Assembly (NCBI GenBank): GCA_937982065.1
Contig: CALJMO010000052.1
Location: 246,327-310,326 of the forward strand
Direction of reading: 5' to 3'
Source: an uncultured Collinsella sp.
GTDB taxonomy: Bacteria > Actinomycetota > Coriobacteriia > Coriobacteriales > Coriobacteriaceae
Length of the DNA stretch: 64,000 nt
The translations under genes and the position numbers were made by a program. The notes below the pieces were generated by a model. The model was not told where the DNA came from. It saw only the letters and a program-made list of their open reading frames with translations, and did no database searches. The stretch's first letter is position 1, and each line of letters opens with the position of its first letter. This document shows positions 1 through 9,012 of this stretch, piece after piece.

Positions 1-30
1 GGGGCGGGACGATCAAGCCAACCCCCAGAG

Positions 31-151
31 CAGTCAATTTGGGACGGGGCTTTTTTAGCTACCCCTATATGCCGACTGATCGTTATCCCAGCTCCAGATG
101 ATTCATCGGCAGTCAAAGGATAGCTAAAAAAGCCCCGTCCCAAATTGACTG
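31..151. repeat. MITE-like element: ~34-bp inverted repeats (31-65 / 118-151, 'cagtcaatttgggacggggcttttttagctacccc') flanking ~50 bp; a third copy of the arm lies at 45053-45080
   Basis: Inverted repeat read directly from the sequence; a similar motif recurs at ~45053. Confidence 0.6.
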
Positions 152-174
152 CTCCACAACGATCATGAGCGGCC

Positions 175-320
175 GTTGGGAAAGCGCGTCCCGGTCTCAG
201 AGCAAATTCCGGGTCGCAGTTTCCGCTTGAGGCGCCATCCGGAAACTACGTCCCAGTCTGAGCGCGGATTCCGGGATGGACTTTCCGCCTGGGCCGCCAT
301 TGGGAAAGCACGTCCCACTC
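175..320. repeat. BIME-like cluster of alternating-orientation ~16-bp motifs (GGGACGCAGTTTCCGC / GCGGAAAGTNCGTCCC); same family as 52700-52850
   Basis: Repeated palindromic units with 6-11 bp spacers; the family recurs at 52.7 kb. Confidence 0.6.
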
Positions 321-335
321 TGCGTCACTGAGGCG

Positions 336-386
336 TTTTCTTTACGCTCGCGCCCTGCACGGAGTTCGATTCTCCGCGGTACGGGG
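336..386 (+). repeat. tRNA-3'-half-like fragment (T-stem CGGAG/CTCCG, loop TTCGATT, then 'cggtacg g'); copy 1 of a ~50-bp direct repeat
   Basis: Canonical T-arm sequence but no matching 5' acceptor strand upstream; near-identical copy at 547-596. Confidence 0.4.
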
Positions 387-546
387 GGATCCGTTGATGC
401 GGCGCATGGCCGGCTGAGATTCGATAAACATCGCATCCATATTGAGCTGATAGTTTGCGCGGAGAATCCGCGTGTTCGCTTCGCGAACCCGCACCGGCTT
501 CGGCCGGCTGCCGCCGTCCTCGCCCGCGGGCTAAAAACGCTTCCGC

Positions 547-596
547 GTTTTCTTTACGCTCGCGCCCTGCACAGAGTTCGATTCTCCGCGGTACGG
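547..596 (+). repeat. tRNA-3'-half-like fragment, copy 2
   Basis: Direct repeat of 336-386. Confidence 0.4.
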
Positions 597-600
597 ACTA

Positions 601-641
601 GAAATAAAAAGGCAGGCAGATACGAATATCTACCTGCCTGT
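601..641 (-). terminator. Rho-independent terminator of ssrA (hairpin ggcaggcagata/tatctacctgcc, then a T-tract on the minus strand)
   Basis: Hairpin 611-640 immediately 3' of the tmRNA CCA end, followed by 'tttttatttc' in minus-strand sense. Confidence 0.7.
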
Positions 642-647
642 GACTTA

Positions 648-1011
648 TGGTGGAGGCGCGGAGAATCGAACTCCGGTCCACGAAAGCCCCCTGATTGGCA
701 TCTCCAAGCTCAGTCGCTGGTTTAGTCTCGGGCGCTTTGCGCGCAGCGACACGCTCGCGGCGTCCTAACCGGTTCGGTCTTAGCCTGCGCCATACCGATT
801 ACGTGCGCAGGAGCATTCCCCTAACATGACGTCGCGCCGGTGTCGGGGAAATCACCGGGTTGACGCGCCGCTATAAACTAAGCAGCGAGAGCCATAGGCT
901 CAAAAGAAGAGTTGTTGTCAATTCAATTTGACGGTACCCCTGTTTAACGAGGCGAGGAGACCTCGGCTTGCTTCCTCTCTCAGAGCTATCGTGTCGAAAC
1001 CAGTCGCCCCC
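648..1011 (-). ncRNA. ssrA: tmRNA (SsrA), ~364 nt
   Basis: Minus-strand 5' GGGGGCGACTGGTTTCGAC... and 3' ...GGACCGGAGTTCGATTCTCCGCGCCTCCACCA (tRNA-like T-arm plus acceptor with encoded CCA). Internal tag reading frame ends ...GCT CTC GCT GCT TAG (…ALAA*), giving a predicted tag ~DNNSSFEPMALAA. Confidence 0.88.
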
Positions 1012-1248
1012 GAATGTCGGGAAAGTCTGGATGACATTGGGCACGAGCACCCAACACCCGTCGACTTTTCAAGGAACGTGCAGGGCGAGCCCCGCTTGTG
1101 GAGTGTTATCTTACCACGTTCTGAAAGCGGACAGCTGTTCTATGCACGAGCTGTGAAGACCCCAATGTGCGCCGCACTTCGCACTTTTGCTACCGATCGC
1201 GTCACGTATATTTTCGCCAAGCAAAATTGACCCGTCGAAAGGACCGTT

Positions 1249-1683
1249 ATGGATACCAAGCAGCAACTCGTCAATGCCCTCGCAGGCCTGGGCTCAACCA
1301 TTACCGAAGCTATGGATGTCATCGAAGGCTTTGTCCCCTGCGGACATCCCGCACTCACGGTATCGAACGCACTCGTCGCGCTGGACGCTGACGATGATGC
1401 AGCTCTCGCCCAGCAGCTTGAGACCGTCGAGGGCTTTATCGACCACGTGAGTGAGAACCGCGGCGTGACCGCCTACCACGGCATCGAGGTCGAGCTCGCG
1501 GGGCCCAAGGCCGATCTGTTCGCAGCAATCCGCGAGGTAGGCGCCCTTATGCAGACCGCAGGCGTCAAGAACACCCAGGTCAACGAGTGGGTCTACCGCA
1601 GTCTGGCAGCACTCGACAGCTCCGATGAAAAGGCAGCCGAGCAGCTCGCAGAAAGCCCCGCCATTAAGGCCGAGCTTTTGTAA
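1249..1683 (+). CDS. hypothetical protein (144 aa), no recognisable motif
   Basis: Codon-consistent ORF with RBS AAAGGA. Confidence 0.5.
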   Translation: MDTKQQLVNALAGLGSTITEAMDVIEGFVPCGHPALTVSNALVALDADDDAALAQQLETVEGFIDHVSENRGVTAYHGIEVELAGPKADLFAAIREVGALMQTAGVKNTQVNEWVYRSLAALDSSDEKAAEQLAESPAIKAELL

Positions 1684-1741
1684 ATAGCAGACGCGGGTCC
1701 CTTGGCGCATTGTCGTCCAAGAGGCCCGCAAACAGTTCGCG

Positions 1742-2257
1742 TCAACCGATAGCCGCGCCGCTGCGTTCGGCCAGAGCAAGAAGCGGCATCATCTGGCGCG
1801 GGGTCTTCGCTGCAAGATCGGCATGTTCGAGCAGTTTGCGATCGTTAGTTACCAAGTAATCAACCTGCGCGCGCTTGCATGCGGCGAGTACCAAGTTGTC
1901 CCCGTAATCGCGATGGAGCGTCAGATATTTGTCGGCTAGCCATAGATCGGATGCATCCGCGCCCACGGCCATAGCGTTTTCGGTCATATTCCGAACAAAC
2001 GCCAACGCCGCATCGCCAATTGCACGGGCAGATTCCTCGTCGAGCGCTCCCCCGCCGGCAAGAACGCTACGCTTCAGCTCATGTTGGACAACGTACAGCA
2101 CGTCCTTGGCAATATGCACCGGAAAGAACAGCAACGCCCCCGTCTCCGTCGCCTGCCCAATAAACGCACGCGCGGCAAGCGACTCGGCATGGTCGACGCA
2201 AAACGAATCGACCCATACGTTGGCGTCTACCATGATCTTGAGAGGCGCCCCACTCAC
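1742..2257 (-). CDS. vapC: PIN-domain toxin (VapC family), type II TA
   Basis: N-terminal 'IMVDANVWVD' PIN signature; its GTG start overlaps the upstream antitoxin stop by 4 nt. Confidence 0.7.
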   Translation of the reverse strand: MSGAPLKIMVDANVWVDSFCVDHAESLAARAFIGQATETGALLFFPVHIAKDVLYVVQHELKRSVLAGGGALDEESARAIGDAALAFVRNMTENAMAVGADASDLWLADKYLTLHRDYGDNLVLAACKRAQVDYLVTNDRKLLEHADLAAKTPRQMMPLLALAERSGAAIG

Positions 2258-2589
2258 TGGATCATCCCCTTTTGGCGATAATGCTCATCCATGGCGTCGG
2301 AATAGATTGTGTCCCAATCGCGATCGTCGGATACGGGCGACGTATCAATACCCAGGTCCGCGTAAAGCTGATCCGCCGCCGCCCATGATGCGGCGAACGG
2401 CGTATCGGGCGCGACGGTCTGCTGCCGGCCATCAACGGCAGACAGCACTTCCTCACACTGCCCGCCACCCTGTGCGACCTTGGCCACCACCTTTTTGATG
2501 AGCTCGGACAGTGATCTGCCCGAAAGCCGCAACGCTTCCTCGGCGCGCTCTTTAACCGAGCGATCTACGCGAACATTCACCTGCGCCAT
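2254..2589 (-). CDS. Ribbon-helix-helix antitoxin (CopG/RelB/DinJ-like) with a C-terminal extension
   Basis: 'VNVRVDRSVKERAEEALRLSGRSLSELIKKVV' RHH motif; translationally coupled to the PIN toxin. Confidence 0.65.
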   Translation of the reverse strand: MAQVNVRVDRSVKERAEEALRLSGRSLSELIKKVVAKVAQGGGQCEEVLSAVDGRQQTVAPDTPFAASWAAADQLYADLGIDTSPVSDDRDWDTIYSDAMDEHYRQKGMIQ

Positions 2590-2624
2590 GCCGCTAACAG
2601 CACCCACGTCGATCCCGCTCCCTT

Positions 2625-2675
2625 CAATTGCTAGCCATGCTAGCACCACTTTATAGAGAAGCTAGCAAATGGTCA
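2625..2675. promoter_or_regulatory. Candidate VapB operator: three GCTAGC hexamer palindromes inside an ATTGCTAGC…GCTAGCAAT inverted repeat
   Basis: Lies 40-90 bp upstream of the antitoxin start; the sequence pattern is read directly. Confidence 0.45.
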
Positions 2676-2750
2676 AATGCAAAAGGCCTGCGCCCGGACG
2701 ACACCGATGCCGTCTGGGCGCAGGCCAGATAACGTGGGCGAACACGTCTG

Positions 2751-4826
2751 CTAACGCAGGTACGCCTTCGCGTTGCCCAGGCTGTAGGCGATCGTTGAGC
2801 CATTGTGCAGCAGTGACGACGTCTGCGGAGTGATCATGCCGGTAATACCCAATGCCAACAGCGCCGAGTTGGTGAGCATCACCTTGGAATACGAACTCGT
2901 CAGACGGTCGATAAGCCCCTGGCTCACGCGGCGTAGACGCACGATTGCAGCCAGATCCGTATCGGTCAGGATGATATCGGCGACCTCCTTGGCGATGTCG
3001 CTTCCGCCGCCCATGGCCAGCCCCACGTCGGCCAAACCGAGCGCCGGCGAATCGTTGACGCCGTCGCCCACCATGGCAACGTGCCGCCCCTCGCCCTTAA
3101 TGCGCTCAACATACGCGTACTTGTCCTCGGGCAGCAGCTCGGCCTTAAACTCGTCGACACCTGCCTCGCGAGCAATGCGCTCGGCCGTGCGCTCCGAGTC
3201 GCCCGTGAGCATGACCACGTGCTTAACGCCCAACGCATGCAGGTCGGCGATGGCCTCGCGGACCCCGGGCTTAAGCGGGTCCTCGATACCGAGCACGCCG
3301 ACGACCTTGCCATCGACCGCCAGATACAGCGGCGACAGGCCCTGCATCTGGGACTCGATCTGCTCCTTAATGTCGGACTCGAGCTGCGCGCCCTCATCGT
3401 CGAATACAAAGTGCGCCGAGCCGATAATCGCGCGACGCCCCTCAATGGACGAAGCGATGCCGTGCGCCACGATGTACTCGACCGCAGCGTGACGCTCGCG
3501 ATGCTCGAGCCCGCGCTCGCGTGCCGCATTGACCACGGCGCGTGCCACCGGATGCGGGAAATGCTCCTCCAAGCAAGCGGAAAGACGCAGGACTTCGTCC
3601 TCGCTCCAGCCATCGGTGGTCAGCACGCAGGCAAGACGCGGCTGCGCCTCGGTGAGCGTGCCGGTCTTATCAAACACAATGGTGTCGGCCTTGGCAAACG
3701 ACTCAAAGTACTTGGCGCCCTTGACCATGACGCCCATCTTTGCGGCATCGCTCATGGCGGTCATGACGGCAACGGAACCCGTGAGCTTGAGCGCGCACGA
3801 GTAATCGACCATCAGCGCCGCTGAGGTCTTGATGAGGCTGCGCGTGGTGAGCGCGACAAGGCCCGCGAGCAGGAAGTTCCACGGGACGATCTTGTTGGCA
3901 AGGTCCTCCATATGCGACTGGCCTTCGGACTTGAGCGAGTCGGCTGTCTGCACGAGCGAGACGATTGAGCGCAGTTTGGTTTGCGCCGTATTGGCGCGCA
4001 CGCGCACCAAGATGCCGCCGTCTTCCACGACGGTACCGGCGAACACGTCGTCGCCCACGCTGCGCTCGACGGCCAGCGGCTCGCCAGTCAGGGTCGCCTG
4101 GTTGACCATAGCGCTCCCCTGCTCGACAACACCGTCGATGCAGATGGACATGCCAGTGCGTACGGCGACCAGATCGCCGGGCTCAAGCTCGGTGGCGGCA
4201 ACGCTTACCTCGGTGTCGCCGACAACCTTTTGCGCCTTGTCGGGTACGTCGAGCAGCGAGTTAATGAGCTCGTTTTCGCTCATGGCGCGGGTGTAGTCCT
4301 CGAGCAGCTCGCCCACGTTGAGCAGGAACATCGTCTGGCCCGCGGTGTCGACATCACGCTTGACGAACGAAATGCCGATGGCCGAAGCGTCGAGCACGGG
4401 AACGGTCAGGCGCGTCTGCGCCAGCTCATGAAGGGCAGCGCGCAAAAATGCCATGTAACCGGCCACGACAAACACCGCACGCAGAGGCGTCGGCAAGAAC
4501 CAGCGACGTGCGTAATGGGCACCGACGAGTGTCGCCAGGTCCATAACGAGTTTGTGCTTGCGCGGCTCGAGTTGCATCACGTAGCCCGACTTGGCATCGG
4601 CGATAGCTTGAGCATCGAGTGCGCCCAAGGCGTCGAGCACGCTCGCGCGGCGCGGCTCGTCGTACTCCAGCGCCATCTGGCCAATGCGGCCATACACGCG
4701 CACCTTGTGCACGCCGTCGATATCGCCGCCGAGCTTAAGAAGTGCATCGAGATCGCTCTCTGGCACAGGACCCGCCAATTGAAGACGGGTCCTGCCGGGG
4801 ATCTCGCTGATAATCGAGAATCTCAT
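2751..4826 (-). CDS. P-type cation-transporting ATPase (P1B-like) with atypical TM6 'SCA' in place of CPC and no CxxC metal-binding domain
   Basis: DKTGTLT phosphorylation motif, GDGVNDSPAL hinge and TGEP motif; N-terminal ferredoxin-like domain lacks CxxC. Confidence 0.85.
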   Translation of the reverse strand: MRFSIISEIPGRTRLQLAGPVPESDLDALLKLGGDIDGVHKVRVYGRIGQMALEYDEPRRASVLDALGALDAQAIADAKSGYVMQLEPRKHKLVMDLATLVGAHYARRWFLPTPLRAVFVVAGYMAFLRAALHELAQTRLTVPVLDASAIGISFVKRDVDTAGQTMFLLNVGELLEDYTRAMSENELINSLLDVPDKAQKVVGDTEVSVAATELEPGDLVAVRTGMSICIDGVVEQGSAMVNQATLTGEPLAVERSVGDDVFAGTVVEDGGILVRVRANTAQTKLRSIVSLVQTADSLKSEGQSHMEDLANKIVPWNFLLAGLVALTTRSLIKTSAALMVDYSCALKLTGSVAVMTAMSDAAKMGVMVKGAKYFESFAKADTIVFDKTGTLTEAQPRLACVLTTDGWSEDEVLRLSACLEEHFPHPVARAVVNAARERGLEHRERHAAVEYIVAHGIASSIEGRRAIIGSAHFVFDDEGAQLESDIKEQIESQMQGLSPLYLAVDGKVVGVLGIEDPLKPGVREAIADLHALGVKHVVMLTGDSERTAERIAREAGVDEFKAELLPEDKYAYVERIKGEGRHVAMVGDGVNDSPALGLADVGLAMGGGSDIAKEVADIILTDTDLAAIVRLRRVSQGLIDRLTSSYSKVMLTNSALLALGITGMITPQTSSLLHNGSTIAYSLGNAKAYLR

Positions 4827-4844
4827 AGTTTGTGCCTGGGAGCG

Positions 4845-5090
4845 TTACTCGGCTGCCTCGTCAGCAGCGGCCTCGCTCTGGGTGATGTAGGCAGCCTCGG
4901 CAACCATGTCGTCGACATTAGCCTTGGCCTGCTCGACCATGTCCTGGTAGCAGTTCTTGATGCGCATGCCGCACGCAATGCCCTGCACGCAGGCGTTCTT
5001 GACCGGAGCGCTGGTAAGCAGCTTGATGCCGGCCGTGCCAAGCAGAAAACCGCCACCGACAAGCAGGGTATTGAACGTCGACTTCTTCAT
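4845..5090 (-). CDS. Small Cys-containing membrane-associated protein (82 aa) upstream of, and co-oriented with, the P-type ATPase
   Basis: Start MKKSTF with RBS GGGAGA; single hydrophobic segment; cysteines in 'KNACVQGIACGMRIKNC'. Confidence 0.5.
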   Translation of the reverse strand: MKKSTFNTLLVGGGFLLGTAGIKLLTSAPVKNACVQGIACGMRIKNCYQDMVEQAKANVDDMVAEAAYITQSEAAADEAAE

Positions 5091-5313
5091 GTTGCTTCTC
5101 CCTTTTACCGCACAAGCGCGGCATGGTGCCTTAGCACCCGAGTTCATTAGTTTGCTCGAGCACACTTTTGAGACTAGTTTAGTATAACTATTTGGTCAAC
5201 TATGGCTAACTTTTTGAAAACATGCGGTCCAGACCGCCCGGTACTCGGCGGTTCACCCACCACGACGCAAATCCGCACTCCCACGGGTATCCGCCCCCGC
5301 CCTTGCCACAGTC

Positions 5314-7071
5314 CTACAGCTGCCAGTCCGCCGACTCCTTTTGCAGCGCAACCATGCGGGCGAATTCTCCGCCTGCTGCCTTGAGCTGCGCCGGAGTGCC
5401 CTGTTCGGCAACCACTCCATCCTTGAGCACAACGATTTTGTCGGCATTTTCCACCGTACGCATACGGTGGGCAATAACGATAACCGTCTTACCTGCAAGC
5501 AGACGGGAGAGCGCCTGCTGCACCACGGTCTCGTTCTCCACATCCAAGCTTGCCGTCGCCTCGTCCAACAGCACGATGGGCGCGTCCTTAAGCAGCGCAC
5601 GAGCGATGGAGATGCGCTGGCGCTCGCCGCCGGAGAGTTTGGAGCCGTTCTCTCCAATCATAGTGTCATAGCCCTGCGGCATGCGGTTCACGAACTCGTC
5701 ACAGTTGGCGGCACGCGCGGCTGCAAGCACTTCCTCATCGGTGGCATCACGACGCCTGAGGCGGATGTTTCCCATCACCGTGTCGTCAAAGAGCAGCACG
5801 TCTTGGAACACAATGGCGTAGTCGCGCAGCAGCACCTCGGGATCCACGCCCGCAACATCCACACCGCCCACGGCAACCTTGCCCGCAGTGGCATCCCAAA
5901 AGCGCGCGGCCAGGCGGCTCACCGTAGACTTACCGGAACCCGAAGGACCGACCAGCGCCGTGACCTCGCCTTCCTTGGCGGTAAAGCTCACATCGGTAAG
6001 AACTTTCTCGCCGGCGCGTCCGTCCTCGCCCGCACCATAGCCAAATGCCACGTGATCGAACACCACATCGTGGCCCGCAGGCTTAAAGTTCTCGCTGCCC
6101 CGCGCCACAGGCTCTTCCATGATGGAACGCATGCGCTTGGCAGACGACTCGGCGGCAAACAGCTCGGACATTAACATTAATGCCTGGTCAAAGGGCGCAT
6201 AGATACGGCTCACCATAAGCAGGAAGGCAAACAACACCAAAAAGTCGACCTGCCCGGAGGCGACCATCGCGGCGCCCGTGACCAGCGTGGTGGCAATGCC
6301 CAGACGCAGGATGGCAAAGGCGGAGTTGACCAAAAGCCCGTTAACGAGCTCGCCCTTGGTGGTCTCGCGCTCCTCGGCATCGATCACGGCGTTGAGTCCC
6401 TCAAGATAATGGGCCTCCTGGTTGGTGGCGCGAATCTCGCGAACGCAGTCGAGCGTCTCTTGAATAGCCTCGGTAACCTTGACCTTCTCGGCGCGCACGC
6501 GATCAAACACCGGAGTCATGGGGCCGCGTGTTAGATACAACACGGCAAAGGCCACGGGAACGCTCCAAAACGCCGCAATCGCCAGCTGCCAGCAAAAGAA
6601 CAGCGATGCCACGAAGACAATGGCGCTTGCGATGATGGCACCCCAAAGCTCTCCCAGCACGTGGCTGTAGGCGTGCTCCATGGCCTGGACGTCGCCCATG
6701 ATGGTCTCGGTTAAATCGGCCAGATCACGACGACCAAAAAACGACAGCGGCAGTTTGCGCAAGCGCTCGGCAATCTCCATACGCTGCTTGCCGCACTCCT
6801 CGTAAAAGATGCAGTAGGTGTAGTAATACTGCTGCCAGTTAGAGGCAAAGAGCAACACGAAAAAGACCAGGAGGCCGCACACAATCGGCAGGGCATCCGG
6901 CAGGTCAGCCCCGCTGGCGAGATGCTCGACAAAGCCGGCCATAACCAGGAATAAAAAGCCCATGCCAGCCATGGTAATAAGATTAGTGAGCGTGGTCCAT
7001 AAAATGCCGCATTTTACGCCGGCGACGCCTTTATCGGATAGGAAATACTTCTTTTGGAATGAGGCGAACAT
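5314..7071 (-). CDS. ABC transporter ATP-binding/permease (type I exporter half-transporter)
   Basis: N-terminal transmembrane domain; Walker A GPSGSGKST, signature LSGGERQR, Walker B ILLLDEATS. Confidence 0.9.
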   Translation of the reverse strand: MFASFQKKYFLSDKGVAGVKCGILWTTLTNLITMAGMGFLFLVMAGFVEHLASGADLPDALPIVCGLLVFFVLLFASNWQQYYYTYCIFYEECGKQRMEIAERLRKLPLSFFGRRDLADLTETIMGDVQAMEHAYSHVLGELWGAIIASAIVFVASLFFCWQLAIAAFWSVPVAFAVLYLTRGPMTPVFDRVRAEKVKVTEAIQETLDCVREIRATNQEAHYLEGLNAVIDAEERETTKGELVNGLLVNSAFAILRLGIATTLVTGAAMVASGQVDFLVLFAFLLMVSRIYAPFDQALMLMSELFAAESSAKRMRSIMEEPVARGSENFKPAGHDVVFDHVAFGYGAGEDGRAGEKVLTDVSFTAKEGEVTALVGPSGSGKSTVSRLAARFWDATAGKVAVGGVDVAGVDPEVLLRDYAIVFQDVLLFDDTVMGNIRLRRRDATDEEVLAAARAANCDEFVNRMPQGYDTMIGENGSKLSGGERQRISIARALLKDAPIVLLDEATASLDVENETVVQQALSRLLAGKTVIVIAHRMRTVENADKIVVLKDGVVAEQGTPAQLKAAGGEFARMVALQKESADWQL

Positions 7072-8898
7072 TTAGGCCTCGCCTCCCTTCGTGACGGCGG
7101 CATCCGCGGTCGCAGCAGTAATCTTCCAGCTCGCGGCCTGCTCGTATTCGGCCCACATCTTGGCATACAGGCCATTTTGGGACAGCAACTCGGCATGGGT
7201 ACCCGACTCCTGCACGCTGCCCTGGTTGAGCACCACGATTTGGTCTGCGCCCACCACGGTCGAAAGCCGGTGCGCAATCATAATGACCGTGCGACCCGCC
7301 GCCAGCTTGCTAAAGGCGCGCTGAATGAGCGCCTCGTTCTCGGGATCGGCAAACGCCGTGGCCTCATCGAGCACCACGATAGGCGCGTCTTTAAGGATCG
7401 CGCGGGCGAGGGCCACGCGCTGGACCTCGCCGCCCGAAAGATATGCTCCGCCGGCACCGAGCATGGTATTGATGCCCTGTGGGAGCTTGGCCACAATGTC
7501 GTCGCACTGAGCTGAGGAGAGGGCCGCACGCACTTCGTCGTCAGTGGCCGTAGGCTTGGAGGCGCGTACGTTGTCGGCAAGTGTTTGCCGGAACAGCTGG
7601 TTGGTCTGGAACACGAAGGCGACCTGGTCCATAAGCTCGTGCGGATCCATATCGCGAACGTCCACACCACCTACGAGCACTCGACCCGAGGAAACATCCC
7701 AAAAACGCGGAATCAGGCTTGCGCAGGTTGACTTACCGCCACCCGAGGGACCCACCAGGGCGAGGGTGCCACCAGCGGGAACGCTGAAACTTACATGGCT
7801 AACGGCGGGTGCTTCGGCACCCTCGTACGTAAAGCTCACGTCCTCAAATCGCACGTCGCCGCCGGCAGGGTGCTTGGGTTGGGCGGGCACGGAGAGCTGC
7901 TTGGAATCCATGACGCTTCGAATACGAGCCAGCGAATCGGCACTCATCTGAGAGGCCTCGCCCACAAACATGAGCTTGGTCATAGCCGTCGGTACCACGG
8001 CCGAAAATATCGCGTAAAACGTGAAGTTGGTCATAAAATGCGCGAAGTCCGTCTCGCCTGGCGCCAACAGCAACGCCACGGGCAATAGGAATGCCACAAG
8101 ACCATTGAGCGCGGTAAGGTTGAGTACCTGCGGACCTCGGCAGAACGTGCCCGCATAGTTTTGTGCCATGTCGGCGTATTCGGCGATCGCATCGTGGAAG
8201 GCCTTAAAGGAGTAGACCGTCTGCTGAAACACCTTGACCACGGGGATGCCACGTACGTATTCGGTTCCGGTCTTGTTCATCTTGACCAGCGCTCCCATGT
8301 AGGCCTTCATGAACTCGGCGCCTTTGCCGCTCATCATGGTGGCCATGGCGCCAAACGAAACGACGACCGAGATAAGGCATGCCGCCCCCAAACGCCAATC
8401 GAGCGCGAAAAGCAGCACGAGCAGGCCTGCGACCATGGCGGTGGCGCCTGCGATATCGGGCAGCATGTGTGCGAGCAAAGTCTCGGTGGAGGCGGCGCAT
8501 CCGTCTACAATACGGCGCAGCTCACCGGTGGCGTGCGTGTCAAAGTAGCCAAGCGGCAGCTTAAGCAGGTGCTCGCTCGTAGTCTTGCGGATATTGGACG
8601 CGCAGCGAAACGCGGACAGATGCGTGCACATGAGCCCCACGAAATAAGCTACGATGCTTGCCAGCGCAAACCCCACGGCCCACCAGCCATACGTCGCGAT
8701 GTCGCAGGCTTCGCTCCAGTTAGGTGCCACGGCGATCAGATCGCGCGCGACAAGCCAAATGCACACGTACGGGCCAAAGCTCAGCAGCTGCGAGAGCGCC
8801 GAGAGCGCCATGCCCAAATACGTTAGGAATTTACGGTCGCCGGCATATGCAAGCAGCTCGCCGATACCGCCGCCTTCCCTTTTTGATCCCTTTGCCAT
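7072..8898 (-). CDS. ABC transporter ATP-binding/permease; heterodimer partner of 5314-7071
   Basis: GPSGGGKST, LSGGEVQR and VVLDEATA motifs; its stop abuts the downstream gene's start. Confidence 0.9.
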   Translation of the reverse strand: MAKGSKREGGGIGELLAYAGDRKFLTYLGMALSALSQLLSFGPYVCIWLVARDLIAVAPNWSEACDIATYGWWAVGFALASIVAYFVGLMCTHLSAFRCASNIRKTTSEHLLKLPLGYFDTHATGELRRIVDGCAASTETLLAHMLPDIAGATAMVAGLLVLLFALDWRLGAACLISVVVSFGAMATMMSGKGAEFMKAYMGALVKMNKTGTEYVRGIPVVKVFQQTVYSFKAFHDAIAEYADMAQNYAGTFCRGPQVLNLTALNGLVAFLLPVALLLAPGETDFAHFMTNFTFYAIFSAVVPTAMTKLMFVGEASQMSADSLARIRSVMDSKQLSVPAQPKHPAGGDVRFEDVSFTYEGAEAPAVSHVSFSVPAGGTLALVGPSGGGKSTCASLIPRFWDVSSGRVLVGGVDVRDMDPHELMDQVAFVFQTNQLFRQTLADNVRASKPTATDDEVRAALSSAQCDDIVAKLPQGINTMLGAGGAYLSGGEVQRVALARAILKDAPIVVLDEATAFADPENEALIQRAFSKLAAGRTVIMIAHRLSTVVGADQIVVLNQGSVQESGTHAELLSQNGLYAKMWAEYEQAASWKITAATADAAVTKGGEA

Positions 8899-9012
8899 GA
8901 GATTCCTTTCTAACGGCTTGAGAGTTAACCGTAATGAACTTATCATTGATGTGTTAGCCATGGCTCACAATTAAGCCAGGCATGGACGTTTCTGCAAAGG
9001 AAAGGGACGCTT

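Noticed and set aside
175-320. Possible CRISPR array
   Set aside because: The units are inverted (palindromic) copies with 6-11-bp spacers. They are not direct repeats separated by unique ~30-bp spacers, and no cas genes are nearby.
336-596. The 50-bp T-arm repeats as attL/attR copies of the ssrA 3' end left by an integrative element
   Set aside because: They are in the opposite orientation to ssrA and their acceptor-stem part (cggtacg) differs from ssrA (cgcctcc). They are kept only as tRNA-like fragments of unknown origin.
3981-5150. 389-aa ORF on the plus strand overlapping the P-type ATPase gene; similar long antisense ORFs at 11647-13323, 13839-14981, 38241-38963, 39226-40761 and 52862-54874
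   Set aside because: Open antisense frames are expected in high-GC DNA. They have no motifs, are Arg/Ala/Gly/His-rich, and fully overlap confidently assigned genes on the other strand.
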